A stretch of DNA of 64,000 nucleotides, taken from NCBI GenBank assembly GCA_045615365.1, contig JAZLEQ010000047.1, forward strand, positions 4,413 through 68,412. The letters run 5' to 3'. Each line of letters starts with the position of its first letter. The first letter of the stretch is position 1. Below are positions 48,846 through 58,317 of the stretch, in pieces. This stretch comes from Alphaproteobacteria bacterium. GTDB lineage: Bacteria > Pseudomonadota > Alphaproteobacteria > RF32 > CAG-239. The notes under the pieces were generated by a model that was not told where the DNA came from, did no database searches, and was given only the letters and a program-made list of their open reading frames with translations. The translations under genes were made by a program, and so were the position numbers.

Positions 48846-48852
48846 TACCATG

Positions 48853-49191
48853 CTATAATGAATTTATATTTTTGGCAAGAGTTTTTAATTTGTTATTTAA
48901 ATTTTTTATTGTCTCTGCTAATTCATTGTCAAGATCAGCCAATTTTCCGATATCAATTTCAGATATTTTGCCGTCAGATTTTGTTCCTTTTTTCAATTCA
49001 CTTATTTCATCGGCCAAAAGTAATCCGATCATTGCCAAAAGCATATTTTCACTGATTTGATTAGATCCGTTGGTTAAAAGTTTTGCTTTATCATCAAGCA
49101 TTCTTGAAAGTTGCAAAATACGTCCTTCTTGTCCGTCTTCGCAAGCAATTGCATATTCACGAGAATTGATTGAAATAGTAATTTGAGCCAT
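48853..49191 (-). CDS. zapA: Cell division protein ZapA
   Basis: MAQITISINSREYAIACEDGQEGRILQLSRMLD... matches the ZapA pattern, with a coiled-coil C-terminus. The ATG at 49191 lies 1 nt after the upstream stop. Confidence 0.8.
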   Translation of the reverse strand: MAQITISINSREYAIACEDGQEGRILQLSRMLDDKAKLLTNGSNQISENMLLAMIGLLLADEISELKKGTKSDGKISEIDIGKLADLDNELAETIKNLNNKLKTLAKNINSL

Positions 49192-49192
49192 T

Positions 49193-49468
49193 TTATAAAA
49201 CTCCGGCAATATATTTGTTTATACTTTCAACTTCATCCAAAGTTTTTTGAGTTGTAACGCGCAAATCTGCAATAATTTTTTCTTTTTCGGCTATTACTTT
49301 TTTATTGTCAATATCAATTTTTTCCAGTTCACGCTGCTTGTTAGTTATAACGCCTTCCAATTCGATTAAATCAGTGGAAAGTTGTCCGAGAGCATCTTTA
49401 GTTTTTGCAAAATCAAAAAAAATATCTTCCATTGCGGATTTTTCTTTCACTTTTAAAATTTTTCCCAT
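49193..49468 (-). CDS. Small coiled-coil protein upstream of zapA (DUF4164-like position)
   Basis: Heptad-rich sequence in the position occupied by DUF4164 proteins in alphaproteobacteria. The start is uncertain (49432, 49468 or 49504). Confidence 0.5.
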   Translation of the reverse strand: MGKILKVKEKSAMEDIFFDFAKTKDALGQLSTDLIELEGVITNKQRELEKIDIDNKKVIAEKEKIIADLRVTTQKTLDEVESINKYIAGVL

Positions 49469-49525
49469 ATTATCAGAAAACAATAATAACAACTCAATCA
49501 ACATTTACAAGAGATAAAGCAAAAT

Positions 49526-50032
49526 ATGCCACAGATAATCCTTAACATAACTTCAGATTCTGATAAAATATACAATTCTTCGGATATTGCTTGCTACATA
49601 ATAGCAGATTCGTTGTCTTCAACAAAAATTAAAGAAGCCGTTTCCACCAACAAAATGGTGTTGGTTGCCGGAGAAGATTCACTGCAAGTGTGCAAACAAT
49701 ACGGTCTTGACGGAATAATTAAAATTCTGGATGAAAAAAAGCCTGTAAAGACGCAATTAAAACCATTGAGAGAAGCACTTAAAAACAAAACTTTGGGAGT
49801 AGTAACTCCTGTTCGTCGTCATGAGGCAATGCTTGTAGGAGAGGTTGAACCCGATTTTATTGTTTTTGAAAAAGAAGTATCTGTGCGAAATCCCGATGTA
49901 ATCGGATGGTATAATGATTTGTTTTTAATACCCTTGGTTCTTTCGGGGTGTGATAAAGAAGATCAATCATTGCATGAGAATGTTGATTTTGTGATAATTG
50001 ATTCAAAAAAATTTGAAAATTTTGGTTGCTAA
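49526..50032 (+). CDS. Thiamine-phosphate-synthase-superfamily (TenI/ThiE-like) protein, tentative
   Basis: 168 aa with weak by-eye resemblance to TMP-synthase-fold proteins found near efp in alphaproteobacteria. Confidence 0.35.
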   Translation: MPQIILNITSDSDKIYNSSDIACYIIADSLSSTKIKEAVSTNKMVLVAGEDSLQVCKQYGLDGIIKILDEKKPVKTQLKPLREALKNKTLGVVTPVRRHEAMLVGEVEPDFIVFEKEVSVRNPDVIGWYNDLFLIPLVLSGCDKEDQSLHENVDFVIIDSKKFENFGC

Positions 50033-50097
50033 AAAAGTTTAGATATATTAATTTGCAAATAATAAATTAAATCAAAGAATAATTTAGGAGTAAAAAC

Positions 50098-50661
50098 ATG
50101 AAACAACAAGCAGGTTCAATTCGTATCGGTTGGGTTATTGAATATAAAGGAAAACCATGGACAGTTATCAAAACCAATTTCGTAAAGCCGGGAAAAGGCG
50201 GTGCTTTTATGCAAGTTGAAATGAAAGCTGTTGAAGAAGGGACAAAGACCAATGAGCGTTTTCGCACGGAAGATATGGTTGAAAAATTAATGGTTGAAAC
50301 CAAAGATTGCCAATTTTTGTATGAAGATTCAACCGGATTAACTTTTATGGAAAGTGATACTTACGAACAATTTGCAATGCCGTCTGATATTTTAGGCGAT
50401 TCTCGTCCGTTTTTAACTGATGGTATGGATGTTAAAGTAAGTGTTATAGATGGAAAACCTATTTCTGTTGAATTGCCTTTACAAGTTGTTTGTGAAGTTA
50501 TTGAAACAGAACCAGTAATCAAAGGTCAAACAGTTTCTTCTTCATATAAGCCTGCAATCTTGGATAACGGCGTAAGAATTGGTGTGCCTCCCTTTGTGGG
50601 GGTAGGAGACAAAATCGTTGTCGCCACATCTGATGCAACCTATGTAGAAAGAGCAAAATAA
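50098..50661 (+). CDS. efp: Elongation factor P
   Basis: VKPGKGGAFMQVEMK, three OB-like domains, 187 aa. Confidence 0.93.
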   Translation: MKQQAGSIRIGWVIEYKGKPWTVIKTNFVKPGKGGAFMQVEMKAVEEGTKTNERFRTEDMVEKLMVETKDCQFLYEDSTGLTFMESDTYEQFAMPSDILGDSRPFLTDGMDVKVSVIDGKPISVELPLQVVCEVIETEPVIKGQTVSSSYKPAILDNGVRIGVPPFVGVGDKIVVATSDATYVERAK

Positions 50662-51419
50662 TGTCTTATATTTCCACTAACCTCAATTTGCTGATATCAA
50701 TAGCAAAAAAAGCCGCAGGCGGTCTTTCGCGTGATTTTAGCGAAATTGAAAAGCTTCAAACATCAATAAAAGGGCATGCAGAGTTTACCAAAGCAGCGGT
50801 TGAGAGAACACTAAAAGTATTAACATCCGAATTGCAAAAAAATCGCCCGCAATACGCGGTTGTTTCCAAAGGGGGCAAAGTTCCCAATGCTCCTCATTTT
50901 TTGGTTTCAGCCCTTGATGGTGATATAAATTTTATGCATGGTATTCCTTATTTTGCAATCAGTATTGCCGAGGTTAAAGATGGTCAGGTTATCTCTGCCG
51001 TAATATACAATCCGGCCACGTCGGATACGTTTTTTGCAGAAAAAGGAAATGGAGCATTTCTTGAAGGGTATCGCAATCATGAACGTTTGCGTGTATCTGC
51101 GCGCAAAGATTTATCTGCCGCATTGATTTCCGGACCTGAGGAATTGTCATCGTCGGTAGTTGCGATTCGCAAATTTGGTTGCATAAGTTTAGATTTGGCT
51201 AATTTAGCTTCAGGTAAATTGGACGGAGTTGTTTCTTTTGGCAACGATTCGGCTGATATTGCTGCGGGTATGCTGCTTGTAAAAGAAGCAGGCGGTCATG
51301 TTTTGGCCAAAGGGCAAAAAGATATCAGAGTTTCAGATTTGGGATTAGTATTGTCTGAAGGCAATATTATAGCTTCTAATTCCGAACTCGGTAAAAAATT
51401 GTTCGAGGTTATAAAATAA
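50661..51419 (+). CDS. suhB: Inositol monophosphatase family protein (SuhB-like)
   Basis: ALDGDINFMHGIPYFAISIA and WDIAAG-like (DIAAGMLLVKEAGG) motifs. The start overlaps the efp stop (TAATG). Confidence 0.75.
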   Translation: MSYISTNLNLLISIAKKAAGGLSRDFSEIEKLQTSIKGHAEFTKAAVERTLKVLTSELQKNRPQYAVVSKGGKVPNAPHFLVSALDGDINFMHGIPYFAISIAEVKDGQVISAVIYNPATSDTFFAEKGNGAFLEGYRNHERLRVSARKDLSAALISGPEELSSSVVAIRKFGCISLDLANLASGKLDGVVSFGNDSADIAAGMLLVKEAGGHVLAKGQKDIRVSDLGLVLSEGNIIASNSELGKKLFEVIK

Positions 51420-51440
51420 TCTATCAAAGGGGAATGTAAT

Positions 51441-52277
51441 ATGCGTTTAGGAAAAGTGGTTCTGATAGGTTTGTTGGGAATTTCGGTTTTCGCACATGCA
51501 CAATATGACGAAAATGTTATGCTCGATTTGTCAGTTTTAGACGGATTGGGAAGTGGAAACATAGTTGTTGAAGAACCGCTTTTCCCCATACTTCCCAAAG
51601 AAAAACCGCAAGTTAAACCCCGAAAGAAAATCAACAAGGTTAAAAAAGCTCCCGCCAAACAACAGAAAGAAGCTGTAAAAAAGGTAGAAGAGCAGACGCA
51701 GGAAACGGTAATGCCGCAAAAAACTACCGCAAAAGAAGAAGTGGTTGTTGTTGAAAGAGAGCCTTCACCTTCAGAAGCTTTGATTGATCCGGTTGAAGTT
51801 GAACCGAGTTTCTCCGCTCCAAAGATTGAAAATGATGTCAAACCAGAACAAAATACTATTGAAAATGACAAAACTTCTTTAATGCAAGAAGCGCAACCGT
51901 CTGTTGTTCAGGAAAGTTCTTCTTCAAACGAAGCCAATGCCGGACTTTTGGTGGAAGAATCTCCCAAAGAAGAAAATAACAAACTGTTTTCACTGACATT
52001 TGCTCCGGATGCTGATGAACTTACGCCTGATCAAATGTCTGCCATTGATAGTATTGTTAGCAGCTTCAAAAATGAAAAAACTAACAAAATAGCCATATAC
52101 TCATACAATCTTGATGATGGTATTGACAGTTTCAGAAAAAAACGTATCAGCTTAAACAGAGCTTTGGCTGTCAGAACATACCTTATCCGAAAAGAATATA
52201 AGAACTTTAGCATTAAAGTTATAAATATCAGCGGCAATTCTCCGAAGCTGAATATGGTTGAATTGGAAGAAATTTAA
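51441..52277 (+). CDS. Secreted protein with an OmpA-like C-terminal domain
   Basis: Signal peptide, Lys/Glu/Pro-rich linker, and a C-terminal segment (...ISLNRALAVRTYLI...) resembling the OmpA/MotB peptidoglycan-binding fold. Confidence 0.5.
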   Translation: MRLGKVVLIGLLGISVFAHAQYDENVMLDLSVLDGLGSGNIVVEEPLFPILPKEKPQVKPRKKINKVKKAPAKQQKEAVKKVEEQTQETVMPQKTTAKEEVVVVEREPSPSEALIDPVEVEPSFSAPKIENDVKPEQNTIENDKTSLMQEAQPSVVQESSSSNEANAGLLVEESPKEENNKLFSLTFAPDADELTPDQMSAIDSIVSSFKNEKTNKIAIYSYNLDDGIDSFRKKRISLNRALAVRTYLIRKEYKNFSIKVINISGNSPKLNMVELEEI

Positions 52278-52296
52278 AAAAAATCAAAAATAATGC

Positions 52297-52325
52297 TTGC
52301 GTTATTTAAATGCATAATGTATAAG
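52297..52325 (+). promoter_or_regulatory. Candidate sigma-70 promoter of rpmE (TTGCGT-17-TATAAG)
   Basis: TTGCGT at 52297-52302, a 17-nt spacer, and TATAAG at 52320-52325, about 46 nt upstream of the rpmE ATG. Confidence 0.4.
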
Positions 52326-52371
52326 AAGCACAAAATATTGCGCTTAATGTAAGAATCTAGGAGTTTTAAAG

Positions 52372-52605
52372 ATGAAAAAAGGAATTCATCCTGATTACCA
52401 CAACATTACTTATGTAATGACTGATGGTCAAAAATACACCACTCGCTCAACTTTGGGTAAGGAAGGTGACGTTATCAATTTGGAAGTTGATCCCAAATCT
52501 CACCCTGTATGGACAGGTGTTCGTCGTTTGGTAGATACAGGCGGTCAGCTTTCTAAGTTCAAAAGCAAATTTGGTGCCTTTGGCATTAATGGCGATAACG
52601 CATAA
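52372..52605 (+). CDS. rpmE: 50S ribosomal protein L31
   Basis: [10 protein letters not shown]...TRST..., 77 aa. Confidence 0.92.
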   Translation: MKKGIHPDYHNITYVMTDGQKYTTRSTLGKEGDVINLEVDPKSHPVWTGVRRLVDTGGQLSKFKSKFGAFGINGDNA

Positions 52606-52690
52606 TTTTGAAAAAAATTGCATAACTTACGATTTATTAACCTGCACCTGCTATCATAGGTGCAGGTTTTTATATATAGAGGTTTAAGCG

Positions 52691-54283
52691 ATGACAAAGA
52701 TAGCTCATTATGAAGTCTATGTTGAAGAGAGTTCCGGTTGGCAGCTGATTGAACGTTTTGCCATCGAGCAACGTCAAAATGCATATCAGTTGGCAAAAGA
52801 CTACGAGAACTCCAAAAAGAATGTGAAAATAATCAAAGAAACCTACGAAATTGAAGATAATAATTATGTGGAAACCGTAGAATACATAAGTAGTCGCAAT
52901 AATAAAAAGGCCAGCAAAAAAACTTTAAGCAACATTGACTATCAGCGTTCTTCGGAAGATGTTGTTCAAGATATTTTGGATAGTCGTCGTAATATTTACA
53001 AAGCAATTTTTAAGTTTTTCGCCCTGATATTTGTCAGTTTAATATTTGCCAATATTTTTGTGAGTCTGATTTTTCCGCTTTTAGACATATTTGTTGATGA
53101 AGAAAATAAATATTCTTTGGTGTTTTTTATCTTCTTTATTGTTTTTTTGGCTATGGCCATTCCTTTGCTGCTGAAAAATATGCCATGGTATATTTTTGTT
53201 AATAAGCAAGACAGGCGACAGGTTGAAATAAGCGAAGAAACATTTTTCAATAAAGCACAAAATTTGGTAAAAGCATATAATATAAATTCTAATTTGGAAA
53301 ATATGCAAACAAGTTCATACCCTGAAGCGCCTTTGGAGTATAAACAATATTTGGTTTATTTTTTAAGCGAAATTTTATCGAATCTTAATGATAAAGAAAT
53401 AATGCATAACAAATTTTTTAAGTTTGGTATCAAACTTTTTGCTTTTGGCGGTTGTTTGGAGCTTGCTTGCTATGGGGGCTTAAGAATTAACGAAGCAAAC
53501 TCGATCTTATATGATGCCCTTAAAGTGATTGAAGGAGATAAGGCTGATTTGGTAAAATTTTATGAAGCCAAACAAAGTTATAGCGACAACAAAATTGCAA
53601 TATACCTTGTTGGCGTTGGTGCGTATTTAATGCACCAGATTATTTATGATCAAAATCTCAATACCATGGTGTTGAAAAAAGCTTTTTCTCAATGGGTTGA
53701 TCAAAAAGATCCGAAGGTTGATACCTCGGAACCGTCTTCTTCTCAAGGAGAGAAAGAAATTGCTGCAAGTGCGCAATCAGGTGAAGAAAATATCACTTCA
53801 TGTCGCATCAATATTAAAAGTGATCTTAAGTTTTTGGATGCCAGTATTCCAAATCAGGAGGAATTTGCCACATCCATAAGCCTAAATATCAGAACAATAA
53901 TATCCAATTTGGTGACTAAATTTGATGGAACAAATGTTATTGAATATGCGGGAATTACATCTGTTGATTTTCAAAAACTGCGCAATGCAGCCAAGTTTGC
54001 TACAGAATATTTGAAGGATATAAGTAATGTTTCCGATGAAAGCACCAATGAAAGCATAATATTAAGAAATTGTTGCCTTTTCAGCAAAATAGAGGCAAAT
54101 ACCGAAGCGAATCTAAGTCATTTCATCACAGACATATTTGAACATATATACAATAATGAAATAGCCACGGTAAAAGACTTTGTTCCGCTTTTTGAAGGAG
54201 AGGGGTATGAAGTTGAGTTTTTAGGTGAAAAAAAGCTGAAAGAGACCGGTGGCGAGATAGAATTGTATAAAGTTAAATATTAA
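52691..54283 (+). CDS. Membrane protein, unknown function; C-terminus loosely class III cyclase-like
   Basis: 530 aa. Soluble N-terminal domain, then two TM helices (FFALIFVSLIFANIFVSLIFPLL; LVFFIFFIVFLAMAIPLLL). The C-terminus ends in YEVEFLGEKKLKETGGEIELYKV. Confidence 0.6.
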   Translation: MTKIAHYEVYVEESSGWQLIERFAIEQRQNAYQLAKDYENSKKNVKIIKETYEIEDNNYVETVEYISSRNNKKASKKTLSNIDYQRSSEDVVQDILDSRRNIYKAIFKFFALIFVSLIFANIFVSLIFPLLDIFVDEENKYSLVFFIFFIVFLAMAIPLLLKNMPWYIFVNKQDRRQVEISEETFFNKAQNLVKAYNINSNLENMQTSSYPEAPLEYKQYLVYFLSEILSNLNDKEIMHNKFFKFGIKLFAFGGCLELACYGGLRINEANSILYDALKVIEGDKADLVKFYEAKQSYSDNKIAIYLVGVGAYLMHQIIYDQNLNTMVLKKAFSQWVDQKDPKVDTSEPSSSQGEKEIAASAQSGEENITSCRINIKSDLKFLDASIPNQEEFATSISLNIRTIISNLVTKFDGTNVIEYAGITSVDFQKLRNAAKFATEYLKDISNVSDESTNESIILRNCCLFSKIEANTEANLSHFITDIFEHIYNNEIATVKDFVPLFEGEGYEVEFLGEKKLKETGGEIELYKVKY

Positions 54284-54371
54284 CTGCTTAAAGATTCAAA
54301 AAAAACTTGTAATATTGTATTAAAAATTTTATCTTATACTCAGATAAAATATGAGAAGAAAGGATTTTACC

Positions 54372-55091
54372 ATGACAGCACCTTTAATGCCGCGCGCAAC
54401 TGCGGTTTGGTTGGTTGAAAACACCACGCTTACATTTCGTCAAATTTCAGTATTTTGCGAAATTCACGAACTGGAAATTCAGGCTATGGCCGATGGCGAT
54501 GTTTCATCAAATATCAGAGGAATTTCTCCGGTTGACAACGGGCAACTTACATGGGATGAAATTCACCGTTGCGAAGCTGATAAAAAAGCAAATTTGGAGG
54601 CATGCGAAATGGAACGCAATGTTAAATTGCGAAACATGAAAACCAAGAAAATTTTGTCTCCGTCTCAGCGTCAAGAAAAACCCAATGCTATTTTATGGAT
54701 TTTGAAAAACTATCCTCAAATTAAAGATACATTGGTTTGCAAACTTATCGGCACTACCAAGAACACTCTTAATTCCATAAAAGACGGAACCCACAAGGAT
54801 ATGTCTTTCATAAAACCCAAGAATCCGGTTACTATAGGCTTGTGTTCAGAAGCAGATATTGAAAAAGCTCTTTTAGCTTCTCAACCCAAACCTGTTGCTG
54901 AAAAGAAGGTTAAAAAGACTAAAGTAAAAGCTGCCAAAAAGGCAGCTAAGAAGCCGGCTAAGAAAGCAACAGCAAAGAAAACAGTTGCCAAAAAGGCAGT
55001 CAAGAAACCGGCTAAGAAAGCAACAACAAAGAAAACAACTACAAAGAAATCTGCTAAAAAAACAACAAAAAAAGCAGATAAAAAAGCATAG
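54372..55091 (+). CDS. DUF1013 protein with a Lys/Ala-rich histone-H1-like tail
   Basis: PLMPRATAVWLVENTTLTFRQISVFC matches the DUF1013 N-terminus. ATG at 54372 after AAGGA. C-terminal tail AKKAAKKPAKKATAKKTVAKKAVKKPAKKATTKKTT.... Confidence 0.75.
   Translation: MTAPLMPRATAVWLVENTTLTFRQISVFCEIHELEIQAMADGDVSSNIRGISPVDNGQLTWDEIHRCEADKKANLEACEMERNVKLRNMKTKKILSPSQRQEKPNAILWILKNYPQIKDTLVCKLIGTTKNTLNSIKDGTHKDMSFIKPKNPVTIGLCSEADIEKALLASQPKPVAEKKVKKTKVKAAKKAAKKPAKKATAKKTVAKKAVKKPAKKATTKKTTTKKSAKKTTKKADKKA
54933..55040 (+). repeat. 54-bp tandem duplication inside the DUF1013 tail
   Basis: The units at 54933-54986 and 54987-55040 differ at a few positions. They encode AKKAAKKPAKKATAKKTV and AKKAVKKPAKKATTKKTT. 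Confidence 0.8.
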
Positions 55092-55110
55092 AGTTCAAAG
55101 CTCTTAAGAA

Positions 55111-55142
55111 AAATCCCGTCATGTTATATGACGGGATTTTTT
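55111..55142. terminator. Bidirectional terminator hairpin between the DUF1013 gene and the convergent gene
   Basis: AAATCCCGTCAT / ATGACGGGATTT 12-bp stem, flanked by an A-run on the left and a T-run on the right. Confidence 0.8.
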
Positions 55143-55153
55143 ATAAACTCAAC

Positions 55154-55738
55154 TTAATTGACGCTTCGTTTTAAGTCTTCAATTCGCGGTAAAACAGAAT
55201 TTTCAATAATAAAATAAATTGAACGTTCAACCACTTTATCAGTATGTTTAACGGCATTCCAAGCTTCTTGAGAGCTTTCACCTTTGGCTGCAATTTTTTT
55301 ATACAACATTGCAAGTTCCGACAACGAATCAATAATTTCGGCCAAATATCCTGGCATTTTCAAATTTTCTTCGCCACCAAAAAATCCCTCCACAAAACCT
55401 TGTTCAACAGCATCAAAGCGTTTTTGGCAATATGAGTTCATGTCTTTGTCTTTCAACAAAGGAAGCTTTACTTTATTATTTTTAACATCCTCAAAAACAT
55501 CATCCCACAGCCCCATAAAAAATTTAAAGAATAAATCGGCCTCATTTTTGGTTTCCAAGCGAGGTGTTTTTCCCTCTTCCCAAAAAGATGAAATTACGTC
55601 GGTCGGGCGTAATTGCAAGTTAGGTGAACAAATCGCACCGGCAAATCTCATTCGAATAACTTCAATAGGAGTAGGGCACGAATAGTGTTCCAACATTTTT
55701 GTAAAACTTTCATTACCAATATATTTATTTGCTTGCAT
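55154..55738 (-). CDS. UPF0149/YecA-N-terminal-like protein, tentative
   Basis: 194-aa helical protein with a loose by-eye resemblance only. Confidence 0.35.
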   Translation of the reverse strand: MQANKYIGNESFTKMLEHYSCPTPIEVIRMRFAGAICSPNLQLRPTDVISSFWEEGKTPRLETKNEADLFFKFFMGLWDDVFEDVKNNKVKLPLLKDKDMNSYCQKRFDAVEQGFVEGFFGGEENLKMPGYLAEIIDSLSELAMLYKKIAAKGESSQEAWNAVKHTDKVVERSIYFIIENSVLPRIEDLKRSVN

Positions 55739-55808
55739 TTTTTCTTCTTCTTGTTAGAGTTAACGTAAAATATTCAATAGAAAAAGAGTATAAGGAGTTT
55801 AAAATAAA

Positions 55809-56126
55809 TTGGCAAGTGTGAAAATAATCAACGCGTTCATTTTAGCATCAATACTTTGCGGTTGCTCACAATTAGGTCCTTTTGTTGATCGCCGTCGTGA
55901 AGCAGGAGGTTTGGCTGATGGCGCTTTATACGTCGGCAAATCGACAGAAAAAGAACCTGCAATTTGTTATAATATTTTATTTACCAAATATGAAGAAGTT
56001 AAGAAATTAGCTGACAATGAGTGCCAAAAATACAAAACCGGAAAACAGGCGATTCCGGTCAGAGAAACCGTTTTCACTTGTCGTCTTCTTGTCCCAAATC
56101 ACTACTATTTTAAATGCGAAAACTAA
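55809..56126 (+). CDS. Small lipoprotein, unknown function
   Basis: TTG start. Signal peptide with lipobox ILCGC. Four further Cys residues. Confidence 0.5.
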   Translation: MASVKIINAFILASILCGCSQLGPFVDRRREAGGLADGALYVGKSTEKEPAICYNILFTKYEEVKKLADNECQKYKTGKQAIPVRETVFTCRLLVPNHYYFKCEN

Positions 56127-56140
56127 GGAAGCAAAAAACC

Positions 56141-57892
56141 ATGAACTTGTCTTTAGAAAACTTAATTAATCAGAAAATTCAAAAAGCTTTTGAACAACTC
56201 TCGCTTGACACATCTTTTGCCTCCGTCAAAAATTCCGACCGACCTGATTTGAGCGATTTTCAATGCAACGGGGCTCTTGCTTTGGCAAAGCAGCTTAAAC
56301 GTAATCCGCGCGAAATAGGAACACAAATTGCAGAAATTTTGCAACAAGATGCAGATTTTGCCAAAATATCAGTTGACGGCCCCGGCTTCTTAAACATCAC
56401 ACTTTCTGATGATTTTATCGCCGCTAACATGCAAAAAATTGCTGCAGATGCAGATTTAGGTATTGCAAAGGTTTCCGATCCGCACAAAGTTGTTTTAGAC
56501 TATGGCGGTCCCAATGTTGCCAAGGCAATGCACGTCGGTCATTTACGTGCCGGAGTTATCGGAGAATCAGTAAGTCGTATTGAAAGAATTGTTGGCAACG
56601 ATGTAATTTCCGACGTTCATTTGGGCGATTGGGGAACACCTATGGGTATGATTTTGGCTGAAATCATCAACCAAGACGGCAATTTGGCAAAAACCACTTC
56701 ATATAACATTGACGAGATAACCGAATTTTACAAAAAAGCCAACATTCGTTGCAAAGAAGACGATTCTGCCAGAGAAAATGCCCGTATAATCACGGCAAAA
56801 TTGCAAGACGGTGACGAGGAATATTACAATGCATGGAAGCATATTCGCAATATTTCTGTTGAGGCAATCAAGTCAAATTATTTGGCTTTAGATGTTAATT
56901 TCGACTTGTGGCTTGGTGAGAGCGATGCTCACCAAACTTGCAAAGATATCCTTAAAATTGCGGCAGAAAAAGGCTTGTCGGAAATTGATGAAGGAGCAAC
57001 AATTGTTCGTCTTTCTTCCGAAGAAGATAAAAACAAGCTTCCTCCGGTAATCTTAGAAAAGTCTGATGGCGGTTTCACATATCATACTACCGATATTGCC
57101 ACTATTAAAATGCGCGTTGATGATTTGCAAGCAAAAGAAATTTGCTATTTTGTAGATCAACGTCAGGCACTCCATTTTGAGCAAGTTTTCACCGCCGCTG
57201 AAAAACTCGGAATTGCCCCGAATATTACAATGAAACACTATGGTTTCGGCACGGTAAACGGTGCTGACGGAAAGCCGTTTAAGACACGTGATGGCGGGGT
57301 TATGACTTTGGAAAATCTCATTAATATTTCCAAAGACAAAGTTAGAGAATCAATTCCGGCAGCCGGAGAGGTTGAAGGCTATGGCGAAAAAGAGATTGAA
57401 AAACTTGTCAATCAGGTTGCAATCGGAGCAATTAAATTTCAAGATTTGAAAAACAACACTGCTTCGGGATATATATTTGACTTGGAAGATTTCGCCAAAT
57501 TTGAAGGTAAAACCGGACCATATATTCAATATGCGGTTGCTCGTATAAATTCAATTTTGCGTAAAGCTAAAGAAAAAAATATGGAGCCTGAAAAGATTGT
57601 CATATCGCAAAAAGAAGAACGCGACTTAGCATTAAAAGTAAGCCAATTAAACAATGCGGTTATGCGAGCTCATAATGAAAAAGAACCAAGTGTAATTGCC
57701 GATTATGCCTACACTTTAGCCCAAGTATTTTCAAGCTTTTACAATGCCGCTCCTATTATGACAGCCGAAAGCAAAGAGATTGCTTGTTCTCGTTTGGCTT
57801 TGGCAAAATTAGTTCGCGATATCTTAGTCAAATTGCTATATTTGTTGGGTATTGAAGCACCGGAAGTAATGCTTAAGAAAGCCGGACAATAA
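56141..57892 (+). CDS. argS: Arginyl-tRNA synthetase
   Basis: PNVAKAMHVGHLR (HIGH region), the anticodon-binding DALR C-terminal domain, and ATG at 56141 after AAGGAAG. Confidence 0.92.
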   Translation: MNLSLENLINQKIQKAFEQLSLDTSFASVKNSDRPDLSDFQCNGALALAKQLKRNPREIGTQIAEILQQDADFAKISVDGPGFLNITLSDDFIAANMQKIAADADLGIAKVSDPHKVVLDYGGPNVAKAMHVGHLRAGVIGESVSRIERIVGNDVISDVHLGDWGTPMGMILAEIINQDGNLAKTTSYNIDEITEFYKKANIRCKEDDSARENARIITAKLQDGDEEYYNAWKHIRNISVEAIKSNYLALDVNFDLWLGESDAHQTCKDILKIAAEKGLSEIDEGATIVRLSSEEDKNKLPPVILEKSDGGFTYHTTDIATIKMRVDDLQAKEICYFVDQRQALHFEQVFTAAEKLGIAPNITMKHYGFGTVNGADGKPFKTRDGGVMTLENLINISKDKVRESIPAAGEVEGYGEKEIEKLVNQVAIGAIKFQDLKNNTASGYIFDLEDFAKFEGKTGPYIQYAVARINSILRKAKEKNMEPEKIVISQKEERDLALKVSQLNNAVMRAHNEKEPSVIADYAYTLAQVFSSFYNAAPIMTAESKEIACSRLALAKLVRDILVKLLYLLGIEAPEVMLKKAGQ

Positions 57893-57960
57893 ACCGCGGA
57901 ACTTAGGGAAAAACAAAAAAATGTCATGCTTTGAGGTTCGTAATTCAAACGCGCTCCCTT

Positions 57961-58076
57961 AATTGTCATGCCTTGAACGAATGAAATGAGTGAAATCAGG
58001 CATCTTCGATGTATTTTTAAAAATTCGAAGATCGCTGGTCCGAAGGAAGAATGCTTCCTTCGGAGCGATGACAATT
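57961..58076 (+). mobile_element. MITE-like palindromic element, copy A (116 bp)
   Basis: Terminal inverted repeats AATTGTCAT (57961-57969) / ATGACAATT (58068-58076). Internal hairpins are ATCTTCGA...TCGAAGAT and CCGAAGGAAG...CTTCCTTCGG. Bases 57961-58037 match the reverse complement of copy B except for one mismatch and two 4-nt indels. Confidence 0.7.
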
Positions 58077-58195
58077 TAAATTATTCTTCCCTTAATTTTA
58101 AGGGAAGATAAGATTTTTTGCAATTTTTAATTGCTTAAAAATCTAGATGAGTTTAAATTAGAATTAGATTCAATATTTGATTAAACTCACCCTAA

Positions 58196-58262
58196 CCCTC
58201 TCTTGAAATCAAGAGAGGGAAATTTTTATCATCCCTTAATTTTAATTAACCTGTCATGCGCT
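58196..58262. repeat. Short repeat modules (terminator-like hairpin plus a 30-nt module), copy A
   Basis: CTCTCTTGAAATCAAGAGAG at 58198-58217 and CCCTTAATTTTAATTAACCTGTCATGCGCT at 58233-58262. Both recur in reverse complement at 59025-59085. Confidence 0.7.
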
Positions 58263-58317
58263 CTCTAAAAGCGCAAGACATTCATTTTTTTTGTTTTAGT
58301 TTTTTTTTTCAAAAAAA

